DNA of 64,000 nt from Eledone cirrhosa (lineage: Eukaryota), in the NCBI GenBank assembly GCA_964016885.1, contig OZ024741.1, forward strand, positions 211,978,001 through 212,042,000, in the 5' to 3' direction. A program made the translations under genes and the position numbers. Below are positions 1-14,230 of this stretch, in pieces (position 1 is the first letter of the stretch; every line of letters begins with the position of its first letter). A model generated the notes under the pieces. That model saw nothing but the letters and a program-made list of their open reading frames with translations, made no database searches and had not been told where the DNA came from.

Positions 1-294
1 CTTGGTAAATTGTATCAGCAAAGAAAAGATCAATTGAAATTTTGTCTCATTCGTCTGACTTAATGATGGGCTTTATTTCAATTCTAGCTGCTATTTCTAG
101 CAGACAGAGAGACTGAACAGGAGCATACTTGTGGATATGTTTCACTAGATATCAGCAATAACTATCTAACGTAAAGTTTTTTAATGACACACCTTGTATA
201 ACACCAAAGTCGAATTTATGTATTGAGGAAGTGACATATTTCTTTAGGAAAATACTTACTATTTCGTAAATAATATTTGATAATTTGTTTGATA

Positions 295-2120
295 GATAGG
301 TGTGAGTGTATGTATGTGTACGTGTAAGTGTGTGTGAGTATATATGTGAGCGTCTATGTATGTATGTGTGTATGTGTGTATGTGTGTGTGCGAGTAATTA
401 ACTGTATGTGAGTATATATATGTGAGCGTGTATGTATGAGTGTATGTGTGTATGTGTGTGTGTGTAACTGTGAGCATGTGTGTGCGCATGTATGTGCGCG
501 TGTTTGTATGTGTGCGTGTATGTATGCGTGTATGTGTGTGTGAGAGCATGTGTGTATGTGTGAGCGCTCGCGTGTGTGTGTGTGCATGTATGTGTGCGGG
601 TATGTATGTGTGCGTGTATAAATGTTTTCGTGGATGTATGTATGCGTGGATGTATATGTGCGTGGATGTATGTGCGAGTATGATTGTGTGTGCGAGTGTG
701 CATGCTTGTGTGTATGTATGCGTGTGTGCCTGTGTGTATGTGTGCATGTGTGCATGCGTGCGTGTGTGTATGCTTGTGTGTGTATGTGTGTATGTGTGTC
801 TGTGTGCCAATGTGTGTGTGTTTATATATGCGTGTGTGTATGTATGTGTGTCTCTGTGTATAAGTGTGTGTGTTTATATATGCGTGTGTGTATGTATGTG
901 TGCCTCTGTGTATATATGTGTGTGTGTTTATATATGCGTGTTTGTATGTATGTCTGCCTCTGTGTATAAGTGTGTGTGTTTATATATGCGTGTGTGTATG
1001 TGTGTCTCTGTGTATAAGTGTGTGTGTTTATATATGCGTGTGTGTATGTATGTGTGCCTCTGTATATGAGTGTGTGTGTTTATATATGCGTGTGTGTATG
1101 TATGTGTGCCTCTGTTTATAAGTATGTGTGTTTACATATGCGTGTGTGTATGTATGTGTGTCTCTGTGTATAACCGTGTGTGATTATATATGCGTGTGTG
1201 TATGTATGTGTGCCTCTGTATATAAGTGTGTGTGTTTATATATGCGTGTGTGTGTGTATGTGTGCCTGTGTTTATCTGTGTGTGTTTATATGTGCGTGTG
1301 TGTATGTATATGTGCCTCTGTATATATGTGTGTGTGTTTATATGTGCCTATGTGTATGTATGTGTGCCTCTGTATATAAGTGTGTGTGTTTATATATGCG
1401 TGTATGTATGTATGTGTGTTTATATATGCGTGTGTGTATATATGTGTGCCTCTGTATATACGTGTGTGTGTTTATATATGCGTGTGTTTATATATGTATG
1501 TGTGCCTCTGCGTATATGTATGTGTGTTTATATGTGCGTGTGTGATTGTGTGTTTATATGTGCGTGTGTGATTGTGTGTTTATATGTTTGTGTATTAATG
1601 TCCATGTAAGTGTGAGCAAATACAGAGAACTTTCTGGAAATGATGGTTTTCTAAAGTCTCATTCTATGAAACGTGAGCATGTTGCATATAAATTACACGC
1701 ACTCACACACACACACACACACAATGTGCTCGCGCGCGTGCACACTCACACACACCGTTATCTGTCTATATATCTGAATTTATATATGTTTATATCTATA
1801 TGTTTGTGTGCATGTGTGTGTGTCTGCCTGTGTCTATGTATATATGAGTGTATGTGAAGTCTATGCGAGTGTATGTGTGATGTATGTGTGTGTGTGTGTA
1901 AAAGAGTGTTGGTGTGAGAACGTATGTGTTTGTGAGAATATGCGTAAATGTCTGTGTGTGTGTATGTATGAGAATATGTGTATATGAGATTGTGTGTGTA
2001 TGTATGAGAATGTGTATGTATGCGGGAATATGTGTGAATGTGTTTAAGAGAGTGTATGTGAGAATGTGTGTGTGTGTGATGTAAAAGATTGTATGTGAGA
2101 ATGCGTATGAGTGTGTGTGT
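295..2120. repeat. Degenerate (TG/TA/TATG)n microsatellite, including a ~50-bp higher-order unit at about 810-1590
   Basis: Low-complexity TG/TA tract with recurring unit tgtgtttatatatgcgtgtgtgtatgtatgtgtgcctctgt. The ORFs here are simple-repeat translations. Confidence 0.95.
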
Positions 2121-2649
2121 CAGCCAATGTGTGCAATAAATATCATTCGCATTATTAAATTCTGTCACTTTTCTTTACCTGTCCAGTCATTGTTTCATCA
2201 GATTCAACACAAATAACAAGCAATCCTCTCTTAAAATACGCCATAACTAATCTATAGAGAGATTTCCAATATTTTTCAATTACAATGTGTTTAACGCATT
2301 ACAACTGTCTCAGACTGGGTAGCTTTATGCCAGTCACAAAAGACCAAATGTCTCTGCTAAAACTAGAACAACGACACCTATTGTGAACTATTCCGAGCAA
2401 AATGATGTGGAATACTATAAAACAGAACGCGGTAGATGAATTCGGGTCCCGTCAACAGGTGGGCAGAGCACTGGGTGGTACTGCTTGCTACGTTCCAATG
2501 GTGTACCCGCAGATTTGCGGTGACATCTTTATTCCGAAGCTCCACCTTAGATGTGTTACCAATTCGAATGTCCAACTAGAATGCCCTGAAGAATCCCTCC
2601 ACCCTCACTAGCATCAAGACCAAGTGACAGAGGGGGTTCAATTTAAATA

Positions 2650-3460
2650 ACACTATCTGATATGTAGAAGATTTTATATAAGCTCCCTCACCAAAGCAGA
2701 AAGGTAGATTTTTATATAAGGCCCACTGATCAGAGAAGTAGAAGATCTTATGTAACGCCCCTTATATTTATATATAATTATTTCTACTTTTGGCACAAGG
2801 CCAACAATTATCCCAGTGTATTACTGGTACTTTATTTTATTGACCCTGTAAGGATGAAAGGCAAAGTTAACCTCGGCGGGATTTGAACTCAGACCATAAA
2901 GGGCCGTAACCTTTTGCTGCAAAGCATCGTGTCCGAACCTCTACCGATACTGCCAATCCACGCCACATTATCTATGTATTATATCCCCTTATCAGAGAAG
3001 TAGGAGACCTTATGTAACTCCCCTTATATTTATATATAATTCCACATTATATATAAAAATAACATTATCTATGCATAATGCCCGCTCATCAGACAAGTAG
3101 AAGATCTTATGTAAAGCCCCCGTATATCTATATATAACGTCCCCTCATCAGAGAAGTAGAAGAGTTACGTAATGCCCCTATATACAATGCTCCCTTATCA
3201 GAAAAAAAGGAGACTTGAGTAATGTTCCCTTATTAGAAAAACAAATCTTATTTAAGGCGCTATTATCTAAAACAATATCTTACTAGATAAGTAGAAGACA
3301 GTACATAACCCCTCATTACCAGACAAATAGAAACCTGCGTATGACGTTCTCTTATCAGAAACATGGAAAACATTATGTAACGCTTCCTAATGTATATGTA
3401 ACGCCTGCTTTTCTAAATATATCGCCCATTTATCAGAGAAGTACAAGACTTCATATAGCG
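2650..3460. repeat. Degenerate minisatellite interrupted by a SINE
   Basis: Recurrent motif cccttatcagagaagtagaagatcttatgtaac (e.g. about 2730, 2985, 3085, 3145, 3195, 3430). Confidence 0.75.
2778..2966 (-). mobile_element. tRNA-derived SINE (family A)
   Basis: Reverse complement of the family core tctgagttcaaatcccgccgaggttaactttgcctttcatcc...aataaagtaccagt, which recurs many times in the window. Contains the B-box-like gagttcaaatc. Confidence 0.85.
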
Positions 3461-3587
3461 TCACCTATATTATGGGGCAAGTCTATGATGTTTCACTTGG
3501 CATGTTTGTCAATGAAGATCATTATTATTCTGGTGACCCGATGGACTCAAACCTACTTTGCAATATTGATTATGTTGTCAATCGATT

Positions 3588-3805
3588 GGAACTGACTAGG
3601 GAATAATCATAAACAATAAAAACAATAGCATCCATGGACTTGAAACTGACCAGGGAATATTCTTAAGCAAAAATGACAATAGCATCTATGTGCCTGAAAC
3701 TGACCAGAGAATATTCATAAACGATAAACACAATAGCAGCCATGGCTTGGAACTGACCAGGGAATATTCATTAACAACAAAGAGAATAGCATTCATAGAC
3801 TAGAA
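3588..3805. repeat. ~53-bp tandem repeat, about 4 copies
   Basis: aactgaccagggaatattc..aaca...aatagcatccatg repeated. Confidence 0.85.
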
Positions 3806-3949
3806 CCAATTAAACAGAAAAAAGTATAAAGTGGTATTTAAGTACATACTTCTCTTTTCCTTCGGCCACTTATTCCCGAGAGAGACTTGTGGGCAGTATT
3901 TTCAAACAATCTTTCTAGCAAATCCGGTCAGAAGCAACCGTCTCCAATT

Positions 3950-4310
3950 GATCCGACTGGATTCCCAAGCGAGAGGAACCAAGCTCATGGATATTCTCGG
4001 ACAATCTTGCTCGGGGTCTACCCCTAGGTCTTCTACCTGTTGGTTTTGTCCTTAAAATCGTAAAATATGTCTAGGGATTCTTCCAGAGACATTCTAAACT
4101 CATACCAATAATATCGGAGCTGTGATCTCTTAGTTCGGAGAAGTAGCTGGAGTGACTTTCTGATCTCCGAGCTACGCACTCTATCGAGTAACGTTACGCT
4201 AAGGACCCTTCGGGGGAACCCCATTTCGCAAGTTTGTATTCGCAAACGTATTCTTTCGGTTATTACCCAAGTTTCATGACCTTAGCTAAGGGTTGACACG
4301 AATACTGAAT
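3950..4310 (-). mobile_element. RTE-clade (Expander/Rex3-like) LINE fragment, C-terminal region
   Basis: ORF 4033-4245 (RIQTCEMGFPRRVLSVTLLDRVRSSEIR...RSQLRY) resembles the post-RT motif RIQAAEMRFLRR...DRVRSSDIR...RSQLRW. Confidence 0.75.
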
Positions 4311-4473
4311 TAAAGATACAAGAAAAATAAGAAGAAATGCAACAACTTAAATAGATCAACTAAATCTGTCTCTCCTGCCTGAGCGCTTTTGAAGCCCTTG
4401 TGTACTGTCCTATTCTTAAAACCTAAGTAACGTTCACATAAGCTAAAATCCACACAAACACATATACATACAT

Positions 4474-5050
4474 ACATGGTGGCTGCCAACTCGTTTTCGA
4501 GTACGGCCACTACCTTATGTCCATGTAGGAGAACCCCTACCGATGCGCTGAACGAGAGCGACATTTTAGTCCAGCCAGCGACTTGAAAACTCTGGTACAA
4601 ACACTACACTTGTGACAACTATTGACACATAGTGCTGGGCCCATGGTACCATGTGACGACAAGTGCAGAGAGATCTCCAGATATAAAGCAATGCCTGTGC
4701 CGTGAAGCTTTTATAGTGAGCAAAGGCACTGCACAAAGCCAGTCCCACTCTCTTAACCAAGATGATATTTACCAAAAAGAAGAACAAGTCAACATCATTG
4801 GATACCATCAGAGTTGCAGGTGTTATATCAGAGTTTTCCTTCTCCTAGAATTCTGCCTTGACAAAGGCTAAGGGGTCATCTCTCCCGGTGATTTTGGATG
4901 CCCATTGACTCTTAACAGCTCCTTTGCCCTTTGACAGGTTTTGTTTTTAGTCCTGCAGGTTGTCCAAAGTCACCCTCCTCACCAAGAAACCTTGGTGGGG
5001 TTGCCAGTTTAGTCGCCAACGACCCGACCATGAGACAGGTTGTATCCCAG
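4474..5050 (-). mobile_element. Non-autonomous RTE-like retroelement; related copies at 5916-6420 and 7070-7574
   Basis: Shared blocks ggctgcc..ctcgtt.tcgagta.ggcca, ccttctcctagaa...tgacaaaggcta and tttagtcgcc.acgacccgaccatg.gacaggttgta. The later copies have an (ATC)n tail on the minus strand. The RTE assignment is from memory. Confidence 0.6.
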
Positions 5051-5085
5051 TACAACATATATATATACATACATACATACATACA

Positions 5086-5121
<36 letters not shown>

Positions 5122-5261
5122 TACATATATACATATATATACATACATACATACATATACATACATATATACATACACATATACATATATATATATATAC
5201 ATACATATATACATATATATATACATACATATATACATACATATATATATATATACATATA

Positions 5262-5693
5262 TTAAAGCACAACCGGCCTGATATTGTAGTTTGGGACCAC
5301 ACATTGAAAACGTGTTCTGTTGTGGAGATCAGCTGCCCACTTGATGTAAACGTTGTCAGAAAAATACAGGAGAAGGAGGACATCTACGGACCATTGATGA
5401 GGAGTTTACAAATCCAGTATCCAAGATACACCTTTAGCTTCATACCCATCATTATTGGTGCTACGGGTTATATACCAACCCGCTTGGACCAAAGTATGAC
5501 TGAACTTGGATTTGCGGACAAAAAGCGCAGCTCCCTAATTCATAGTCTACAAATGGCTGCGATAGCTGGCACCTTCAAAATTTGCAAAACATTCTTGCGA
5601 TTCAAGGGATGACAATTTCTTTTCTTTTACAACCTTGCCACCAGGAAGGTGGCCGGTCAAAAAAATATACTCAAAATTAAGAGAAAGAGAAAA
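5262..5693 (+). mobile_element. 3' end of an R4/Dong-like non-LTR retrotransposon (restriction-like endonuclease)
   Basis: [10 protein letters not shown]...VVEISCP...EKEDIY...IIIGATG is a PD-(D/E)xK RLE domain. Stop at 5612, 3' UTR hairpin gccacc-aggaa-ggtggc, flanked by (TACA/TA)n. Confidence 0.85.
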
Positions 5694-5791
5694 CATATAC
5701 ATATATATACATATATAAACATATATATAAATACATATATACATATATATATAGATACATATATATATATAGATAGATACTTATATATATA

Positions 5792-5832
<41 letters not shown>

Positions 5833-5838
5833 ATATAC

Positions 5839-5870
<32 letters not shown>

Positions 5871-6945
5871 ATACATACATATATAGATAAATACATACAT
5901 ATACATACATACATATGATGATGATGGCTGCCCCCTCGTTATCGAGTATGGCCATTGCACGATATACCATTATTAATAATTATTAATTAATTCTATCGTG
6001 CAATGCCTGTGCGTGGAGATATTTTTTAAAGTGAGGAAAGACTGTGCACTGAGCCAATCCCACTCTCTGAGCGACAGTGGCTATAACCCGAAAAGAAGAA
6101 AATATCAACATCATCAGTAACTACTGAGCCGCAGGTTTTATATCAGAGTCATCCCAGTTTCCTGAGTTGCCTTCTCCTAGAAGATTACCCTGACAAAGGC
6201 TAGGGGTCCTTCACTCCCAGTGGTTTAACCGTGCGGTACATGTGTATCTACATATTTACACACTTTTGGATGGCCGTTGACTCTTACGAGTTCTTCCGCC
6301 CTTTTTCAGGTTTTGTTTTTTGTCCTGCAGGGTCCAAAATCACTCTCCTCACCAAGTAAACTTGGTGGGGTTGTCGGTTTAGTCGCCGACGACCCGACCA
6401 TGCGACAGGTTGTACTGAGTTACATATTACCAGTAGCACTCAAGAGTGACCCGACATAACATACATACATACACACATGCACACATGCATACATATATAC
6501 ATACATACATACATACATACATACATACATACATACATTCATACATACATTCATACATACATACATACCTACCTACCTACCTACATACATACATACATAC
6601 ATACATACATACATACGGGTTATATACCAACCCGCTTGGACCAAAGTATGACTGAACTTGGATTTGCGGACAAAAAGCGCAGCTCCCTAATTCATAGTCT
6701 ACAAATGGCTGCGATAGCTGGCACCTTCAAAATTTGCAAAACATTCTTGCGATTCAAGGGATGACAATTTCTTTTCTTTTACAACCTTGCCACCAGGAAG
6801 GTGGCCGGTCAAAAAAATATACTCAAAATTAAGAGAAAGAGAAAACATATACATATATATACATATATAAACATATATATAAATACATATATACATATAT
6901 ATATAGATACATATATATATATAGATAGATACTTATATATATATA

Positions 6946-6986
<41 letters not shown>

Positions 6987-6992
6987 ATATAC

Positions 6993-7024
<32 letters not shown>

Positions 7025-8000
7025 ATACATACATATATAGATAAATACATACATATACATACATACATATGATGATGATGGCTGCCCCCTCGTTATCGAG
7101 TATGGCCATTGCACGATATACCATTATTAATAATTATTAATTAATTCTATCGTGCAATGCCTGTGCGTGGAGATATTTTTTAAAGTGAGGAAAGACTGTG
7201 CACTGAGCCAATCCCACTCTCTGAGCGACAGTGGCTATAACCCGAAAAGAAGAAAATATCAACATCATCAGTAACTACTGAGCCGCAGGTTTTATATCAG
7301 AGTCATCCCAGTTTCCTGAGTTGCCTTCTCCTAGAAGATTACCCTGACAAAGGCTAGGGGTCCTTCACTCCCAGTGGTTTAACCGTGCGGTACATGTGTA
7401 TCTACATATTTACACACTTTTGGATGGCCGTTGACTCTTACGAGTTCTTCCGCCCTTTTTCAGGTTTTGTTTTTTGTCCTGCAGGGTCCAAAATCACTCT
7501 CCTCACCAAGTAAACTTGGTGGGGTTGTCGGTTTAGTCGCCGACGACCCGACCATGCGACAGGTTGTACTGAGTTACATATTACCAGTAGCACTCAAGAG
7601 TGACCCGACATAACATACATACATACACACATGCACACATGCATACATATATACATACATACATACATACATACATACATACATACATTCATACATACAT
7701 TCATACATACATACATACCTACCTACCTACCTACATACATACATACATACATACATACATACATACATACGGGTTATATACCAACCCGCTTGGACCAAAG
7801 TATGACTGAACTTGGATTTGCGGACAAAAAGCGCAGCTCCCTAATTCATAGTCTACAAATGGCTGCGATAGCTGGCACCTTCAAAATTTGCAAAACATTC
7901 TTGCGATTCAAGGGATGACAATTTCTTTTCTTTTACAACCTTGCCACCAGGAAGGTGGCCGGTCAAAAAAATATACTCAAAATTAAGAGAAAGAGAAAAC
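5463..8000 (+). repeat. ~1.15-kb tandem duplication (about 2.2 units)
   Basis: acgggttatataccaacc starts at 5463, 6615 and 7769 (periods 1152 and 1154). Units are essentially identical apart from microsatellite length. Confidence 0.95.
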
Positions 8001-8589
8001 ATACATACCAACATACATACATACATACCTACCTACATACATACATACAATCTCTCAAAGACAGAATGCCGAATATTTGGAAATCTCTGACTCAATATGT
8101 TCTCCAAATTAGTGGACCTGCAACAACACCAGTCTCTGCAGTTCCGGGGTGAGGATCTATAACGACCACGGCCCCTGCCTTTCAGAAAACCCAAAGCAAC
8201 ATTATCTCACAACATCAGTTCTCTGGAAATACCTCCGTCTCAATATCATTCCTGTTGGTCCTACAACAGATTGAACAGAACAATAATACCATCAATCTCT
8301 CCTGTCACAGAAGAGCCCATGAAGGCTATGGTCAGTGTTTCAGCTTCCAAATAAACCCCAAACATATATTTCTATCCCATAACATCGGTCCTTACAGGTT
8401 AACCTGTACATCCTAGGCATCGTATCCCGTAAGTCACCGGAATAGATGATAGTCTGTGAAGGTTAGGCTCACTGCTTCTGTTTCTACATTAATTCAAAGG
8501 AGGATAACAAAAAAGGATCGATCGACTTTCGTCAAATCGCACCGAGGAAAACAATGTTTCCGTCGGTCTTTCCAGTAGTACTATCTATC

Positions 8590-8730
8590 GGTCGCAACTC
8601 CAGGTAGAAGGAGGAACGTGAAATAAAGTGTCTTGCTCAAGGACATAACGCATCGCCCGGTCCAGGAATCGAACTCACAACCTCCAGATTGTGAATCCAA
8701 TTTTCTAACCACTCAGCCACATGTACCTCT
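8590..8730 (-). mobile_element. tRNA-derived SINE (family B)
   Basis: Minus strand reads gtggctgagtggttag...gagttcgattcctggaccgggcgatgcg...ccttgagcaagacactttatttcacg, with A/B boxes. Related copy at about 30150-30420. Confidence 0.8.
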
Positions 8731-9247
8731 AAATAACAACACCAGTCTTCTCTAGCTTCCTCCTTAAACATATATTTCACCCAGCTTAAACAGAACATAA
8801 ATGCAATTGGATCACCCTTGTCTGGGATGATGGAGAAGCACACGATCATTGTTCTTTCCTCTGAATACTCTCAAAGAATCAGCGTTGGGTATCAAGTAAT
8901 TCTAAGTCACAACACTGGTTATTCGTAACATTCACTTCCTACTCCAATCTTTCACCCAAATGAGTAAACCCACATCAGTTTAAACAAAATATTTCCAGCA
9001 TCGGATCTCCTAGGGCTTAGGGAAGGGTACAGGAGTGGGGGATCTATGAAGGACATGGGCACTGTCCCTTCCTCAAAGTCTAGGATGTAAAATAATCATA
9101 ATAAATAAATGATGACAGGAATTTTAATTTATGAAAATGTTGGTGGAAACGAAAACTATTTCGTTGGAAAATAAGTCTAAAGTGATGTATTTTTATTATA
9201 GGAACGTGTAACTATTGTAGAACTGTGCCTAAAATAACGCGGAAGTA

Positions 9248-9251
<4 letters not shown>

Positions 9252-9298
<47 letters not shown>

Positions 9299-9399
9299 GA
9301 ATATGAGAGGGAGAGGAGGAGAAAAGTGCATGTGAATGTATATAGGAGAGAGAGGGAATGTTTGTGTGTAGAGAAAAGAGAAGGAAGATGTGTGCAGGA

Positions 9400-9452
<53 letters not shown>

Positions 9453-9565
9453 TAAGAGAGGAAGAATATGAGAGGGAGAGGAGGAGAAAAGTGCATGTGA
9501 ATGTATATAGGAGAGAGAGGGAATGTTTGTGTGTGGAGAAAAGAGAAGGAAGTGTGTACAGGAGA

Positions 9566-9634
<69 letters not shown>

Positions 9635-9970
9635 AAGGTGTGTGTAGGAGAGATAGAGATAGAGTGAGAGAGCGGCAGAGAGGGACAGGCAGTGAGAGAG
9701 GGAGAAAGAGGGAGACAGGGAGAGAGAGTGAGAGAGAGACAGGGAGTGAAAGTGAGAGAGAGAGACAAGGAGAGAATGTGAATGAGTGAGATTGAGAGAG
9801 AGAGAGAGAGAGAGACAAGGAGAGAAAGTGAGTGAGATTGTGGGTGTGTGTGTGTGTTTGTGAGAGAGAGAGGGAGTGAGAGAGGGAGAGAGAGAGAAGC
9901 AAGGGGAGAAAGTGAGTGAGATTGAGAGAGAGAGAGAGACAGAGAGAAGAGAGAGACAGAAAGAGTGTGG
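9252..9970. repeat. (GA)n-rich tract with a ~170-bp internal duplication
   Basis: (GA)n runs, with ggaagaatatgagagggagaggaggagaaaagtgcatgtgaatg present twice. Confidence 0.9.
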
Positions 9971-10103
9971 AAGAGTGTGTGTGCTTTAAACGGTTAGTGG
10001 ATCTGGATAAGAAAGGCGTCGTTAGGGAGACTCAAATAACACATATGCAGCTAGAAATAATGTAATTACGAATGTGAAACGTGAAGTCGTAGATATATAC
10101 TAT

Positions 10104-10164
<61 letters not shown>

Positions 10165-10171
10165 TACACGC

Positions 10172-10202
<31 letters not shown>

Positions 10203-10212
10203 CACATATATA

Positions 10213-10279
<67 letters not shown>

Positions 10280-10472
10280 ATACACACATATATATATATA
10301 CATATATATCTATGTGTGTATGATTGTGTATGCATACATGTACTGCTATGCCTACACAAAGAGACACATACATACATTGGTACACACTTAAAACACAAAT
10401 CATTATGTTCTTTTGGGTGCTTTAGCACCCCCATCCCGATCTATCTAACTGTCTATATATATATTTCGTTTT

Positions 10473-10642
<170 letters not shown>

Positions 10643-10698
10643 TACGTTTTTGAATTTGTTTAGCAACATTCCCTATCTGAAAACGTGTGTTGAAACCG

Positions 10699-11056
10699 AT
10701 ATTGTTATACTTTGGGAGGGTCATGTTGCCAATAAGAAACACACGCACCAGTGTTTTCACTTCAATTTATTATAAATTAACGGTTGGTTGGTTCTATAAC
10801 CGGATGGTTGTTCACATATTGTCAATTGTCAAAGTTCTTTCGTCACACATACTGTGACCTCTTCAGTGACTGTGGATTCTTTTCTTTATTTTTTATTTTG
10901 TGCCTCTCCTTTGTTCTGTCCTACGTCATCTTGTTTTGTGAGTGTGTTGTGTGCTTAGTTTGCGCATGTGTTACATCCGGGTGTTTATAATAAATTGAAG
11001 TGAAACCAACTCGTCCGTGTCTTTCTTATTGGAAACATGACCCTATACAAGTATAG
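10699..11056 (-). mobile_element. Small inverted-repeat element in (TA)n carrying a hammerhead (Penelope pLTR/retrozyme-like)
   Basis: Arms about 10706-10776 and 10984-11055 are imperfect inverted repeats. A related end fragment lies at about 49440-49468. Confidence 0.7.
10828..10870 (-). ncRNA. Type-I hammerhead ribozyme
   Basis: gtca-CTGAAGA-g-gtcac(agtatgt)gtgac-GAAA-gaac-TT-tgac, with a 4-bp stem I and minimal stem III. Confidence 0.75.
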
Positions 11057-11066
11057 ACATATATAC

Positions 11067-11152
<86 letters not shown>

Positions 11153-11319
11153 GGAGTGTACTATTGAAATAGAATTTTATTTTTTAATAAACTAAACTTG
11201 CAAAAGATTAATTTTTCTTAAGAACGAATATGATTTGAAACAGCAATTTTATATACGTACACACACACACACACACACACGCACATATATATATATATAT
11301 ATGTATATATATAAACATG

Positions 11320-11467
<148 letters not shown>

Positions 11468-11490
11468 ATGAATATAAAATGAAAGTGCTG

Positions 11491-11551
<61 letters not shown>

Positions 11552-11590
11552 TATACATATATATATATATATACATATATATAATATAAT

Positions 11591-11726
11591 ATTGCTTTTG
11601 AAAACAGCTGGTGATATGCATGTAAGTAAATATTCACTCTATCTGATAGTTTGTAAACTTACATAGATCAATAACTGAGTATAGATATAATGTATTATCA
11701 CCATCTAGAAACGATCGTAAAGCAGT
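11591..11726 (+). ncRNA. Type-I hammerhead ribozyme, U3-A8 core variant
   Basis: attgctt-TTGAAAA-cagctggtgata...tatcaccatcta-GAAA-cgatcg-TA-aagcagt. Palindromic stem III and a long loop 2. Confidence 0.7.
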
Positions 11727-11912
11727 GAAGTATATCTCTAATGACTTGAGTTTTTATTTCAATGTTTTAACTTATATCATGACTCTGTTTTCCTTTTAAT
11801 GTTTTATTGTTTTCTGAGATTTATCTTAACCTACAACATTTTCAACATATGCATATGAATTACATCGAGTTCTTCATGCAGAATAGACCCCACAACTTAC
11901 AGTGGATACTTC

Positions 11913-11944
<32 letters not shown>

Positions 11945-12106
11945 AAGATTTGCATATATATATAAATGTACATACACACACACATATATATATATATATG
12001 ACTATATTTATATACATACATATAAATATATATACATACATATATATATAAAATAAAATAAAATAAAATAAATAAGTCAAATGTTTAAAATTTGGCTTCG
12101 TTTATT

Positions 12107-12161
12107 ACTGCTATATATATTTCGGTGACAGCGATCTTTGGCTGTGACCTCTTCTGGCAGT
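12107..12161 (-). ncRNA. Type-I hammerhead in the Penelope-like 3' end (A4 core)
   Basis: actgc-CAGAAGA-ggtcacagc(caaagatc)gctgtcacc-GAAA-tatata-TA-gcagt-AATAAA. Confidence 0.75.
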
Positions 12162-13330
12162 CCAAATTCGTGTGGTAGAGACGATTACACATGTTGTTGA
12201 GGTGTATAACTTTGTCAATACTCTGATATGCCCAGTTCCTGGTTGAGTTGTTATTTCACTGAGGAACTGGAATCATATGAATTTAAACAAACGCATTTCA
12301 GCGTCAAAGGGCCTCTTCTCCTCTCATTGGTCAGTTGTTAGAACATTCCTCAGTCAAAAGTCTATAGAAATTCGTTCTGAGGCAAACCAATCTGTAGTTG
12401 TTGTTCTGGTTATTGTTAGGACCTCTATTCTTATGTTGGTAGTGGTGTTGTTGTTGGAGTCAGCTCAAAAAAAGTGATAAAGTGGTAGAAGGAATAAGAT
12501 GGTAAAGGAACAAAATAAAATAAAATAATTGAATAAAATGTGTGTGTGTGTTATCCCCATCTCAATGTTATAAAGATTTGTAAGGTCACTCTTCCGATTG
12601 GTCAGTTTTGAGAGCATTCCTCACTCCAAAGTCTATAGAAATTCTTTCTGGGGTGAGTCTCCCTGTAGTGTTTGTGTTTGCTATTGTTAAGTACATATGA
12701 CCGCTAGCCTTATTTTGGTAGTGTTGTTGGTGTTGTGGTCAGCTTATGTTTTGCTGCTGCTGACAATTTACAAATATCTGTGTGTGTGTTTCTTCATCCC
12801 TCCTGCCACCATCTCCCGTGGTGGTCGTGGGCGGGGGGGGGGGGGGGGCTCTCCATTGAAAAGGAAGAAATAGAAGGCAATAAAATGAAGAAAACAGAAA
12901 ATAAATAATAAATAGAGAATCAATGAAAAATTAATGAAAGATTAATGAAAAAGTAATGAAAAATGAATATGGAAAATGAAAAATGAAAATGAAAAATACA
13001 AATGAAGATTCAAATAAAATAAGATAAACTGTGTGTGTGCTATAACCAATCTGAAGGTTAGAAATATGTTGGATAAAGTGGTAGGAGGAACAAGATGGTA
13101 ACAAATCAAACGAAATAGGGTAATCAAATAAAATGTGTGTGTGTGTTATAACCAATCTCAACTTAAATATAAATATAAGGTGATAAAGTGAAGAAAACAG
13201 AAAACAAATAGCAAATGAATAATGAGAAATCAAAAATGAAAAATCAAAAATCAAGTAAATTAAAATGTGTGTGTGTTATAAAGATGTTGGCCAAATTATA
13301 AAAGCTGTGTCAGAAGCAATCTCTAGGCTA

Positions 13331-14230
13331 TCATGGTGTCTGCTCAGCCTGGTCCCTATGGCTTGAGGGAAGTTCCCAACCTATGGTGTTGTTACTGCCC
13401 ATATAGCCTGAGGGAGGTCTGGCCGAGAGGTGTCTATATGTTCTGGAGAAGTCCCTATAGCTTGAGGGGAGTTCACATCTTATTGTGTTGCTATTGTCCA
13501 TATATCTTGAGGAAAGTCCGGCCCTGAGGTGTCTGCATGTCCCGAATAAGTCGGTTCTGAGGTTTATCAGGCAGCTTCCACCTCTTAGTATCTCGAGGGT
13601 CTCGTTCAGACATAGTTTGCATATGCAAGATCCCCCTTTATCGGGTGGTACTTTCCTGATTATGGACCAGGCCAGAGAGTATGGGGTCCTGTCCAGCTTA
13701 ATCTTCCAGATCAGGTCGGAGAGAGCCGTACATTTCCTTTTGGCCTCCTTATTGAAGGAATGGCGATGGTTATACCAGCGGTCTTTAAAGCTCGTTGATG
13801 TGGCTCCTATGTAGAGGTGTTCGGAGTTGGGGTTTTTAACCCTACAACCGTATACTAGGTTCTTCTTAAGGCATTCATTACCAAGGGGGCATGATTCGGG
13901 GTTTCTGCATTTGCAGAGGGTGGTCGACCTCTGTGTGCCTTGATGGGGATTCCCGTTAGGTGTTAAATGGTGGTCTTCCCCAGGCACGGTGGGTGGGGAG
14001 GGGGGGGTCTGTTTGAGTTTCTTGGGTGGGCCAGATTTCTCGTGGTGGAATACGAAAGCTTCACAGTGCGTCTGTTGAAGATATTGTGGTGTCTATGGTC
14101 CCTCGGGAAGCATTTATCAAATGCTCCAAAGAATGATCGGGCCAAGCTGGTGTTCTTTAAGGCCGTTGAGTAGGGTGGGTTATACCACGTGATTTTTCTG
14201 TGTCTCCTCCTATATGTGTGGGTCGGGGGC
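13331..14230 (-). pseudogene. Penelope-like linker plus GIY-YIG endonuclease, frameshifted near 14000
   Basis: RKITWYNPPYS...FDKCFPRDHRHHNIFNRRTVKLSYS, then CKCRNPESCPLGNECL (CxCx5C), LVY...YIGATSTSFKDRWYNH, and CKLCLNE. Confidence 0.9.

Noticed and set aside
259-2168. Long His/Thr-, Val/Cys- and Tyr/Ile-rich ORFs here and throughout the window
   Set aside because: They are translations of dinucleotide and tetranucleotide microsatellites, open in several frames on both strands.
2160-2640. Possible host exon (ORFs 2402-2611 + and 2378-2575 -)
   Set aside because: No recognisable domain, and stops interrupt extension in the frames I checked. It may be an ancient TE relic.
13331-13987. Selenocysteine recoding in the Naiad-type ORF
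   Set aside because: The conserved Cys positions are encoded by normal Cys codons, with no in-frame TGA in the GIY-YIG ORF.
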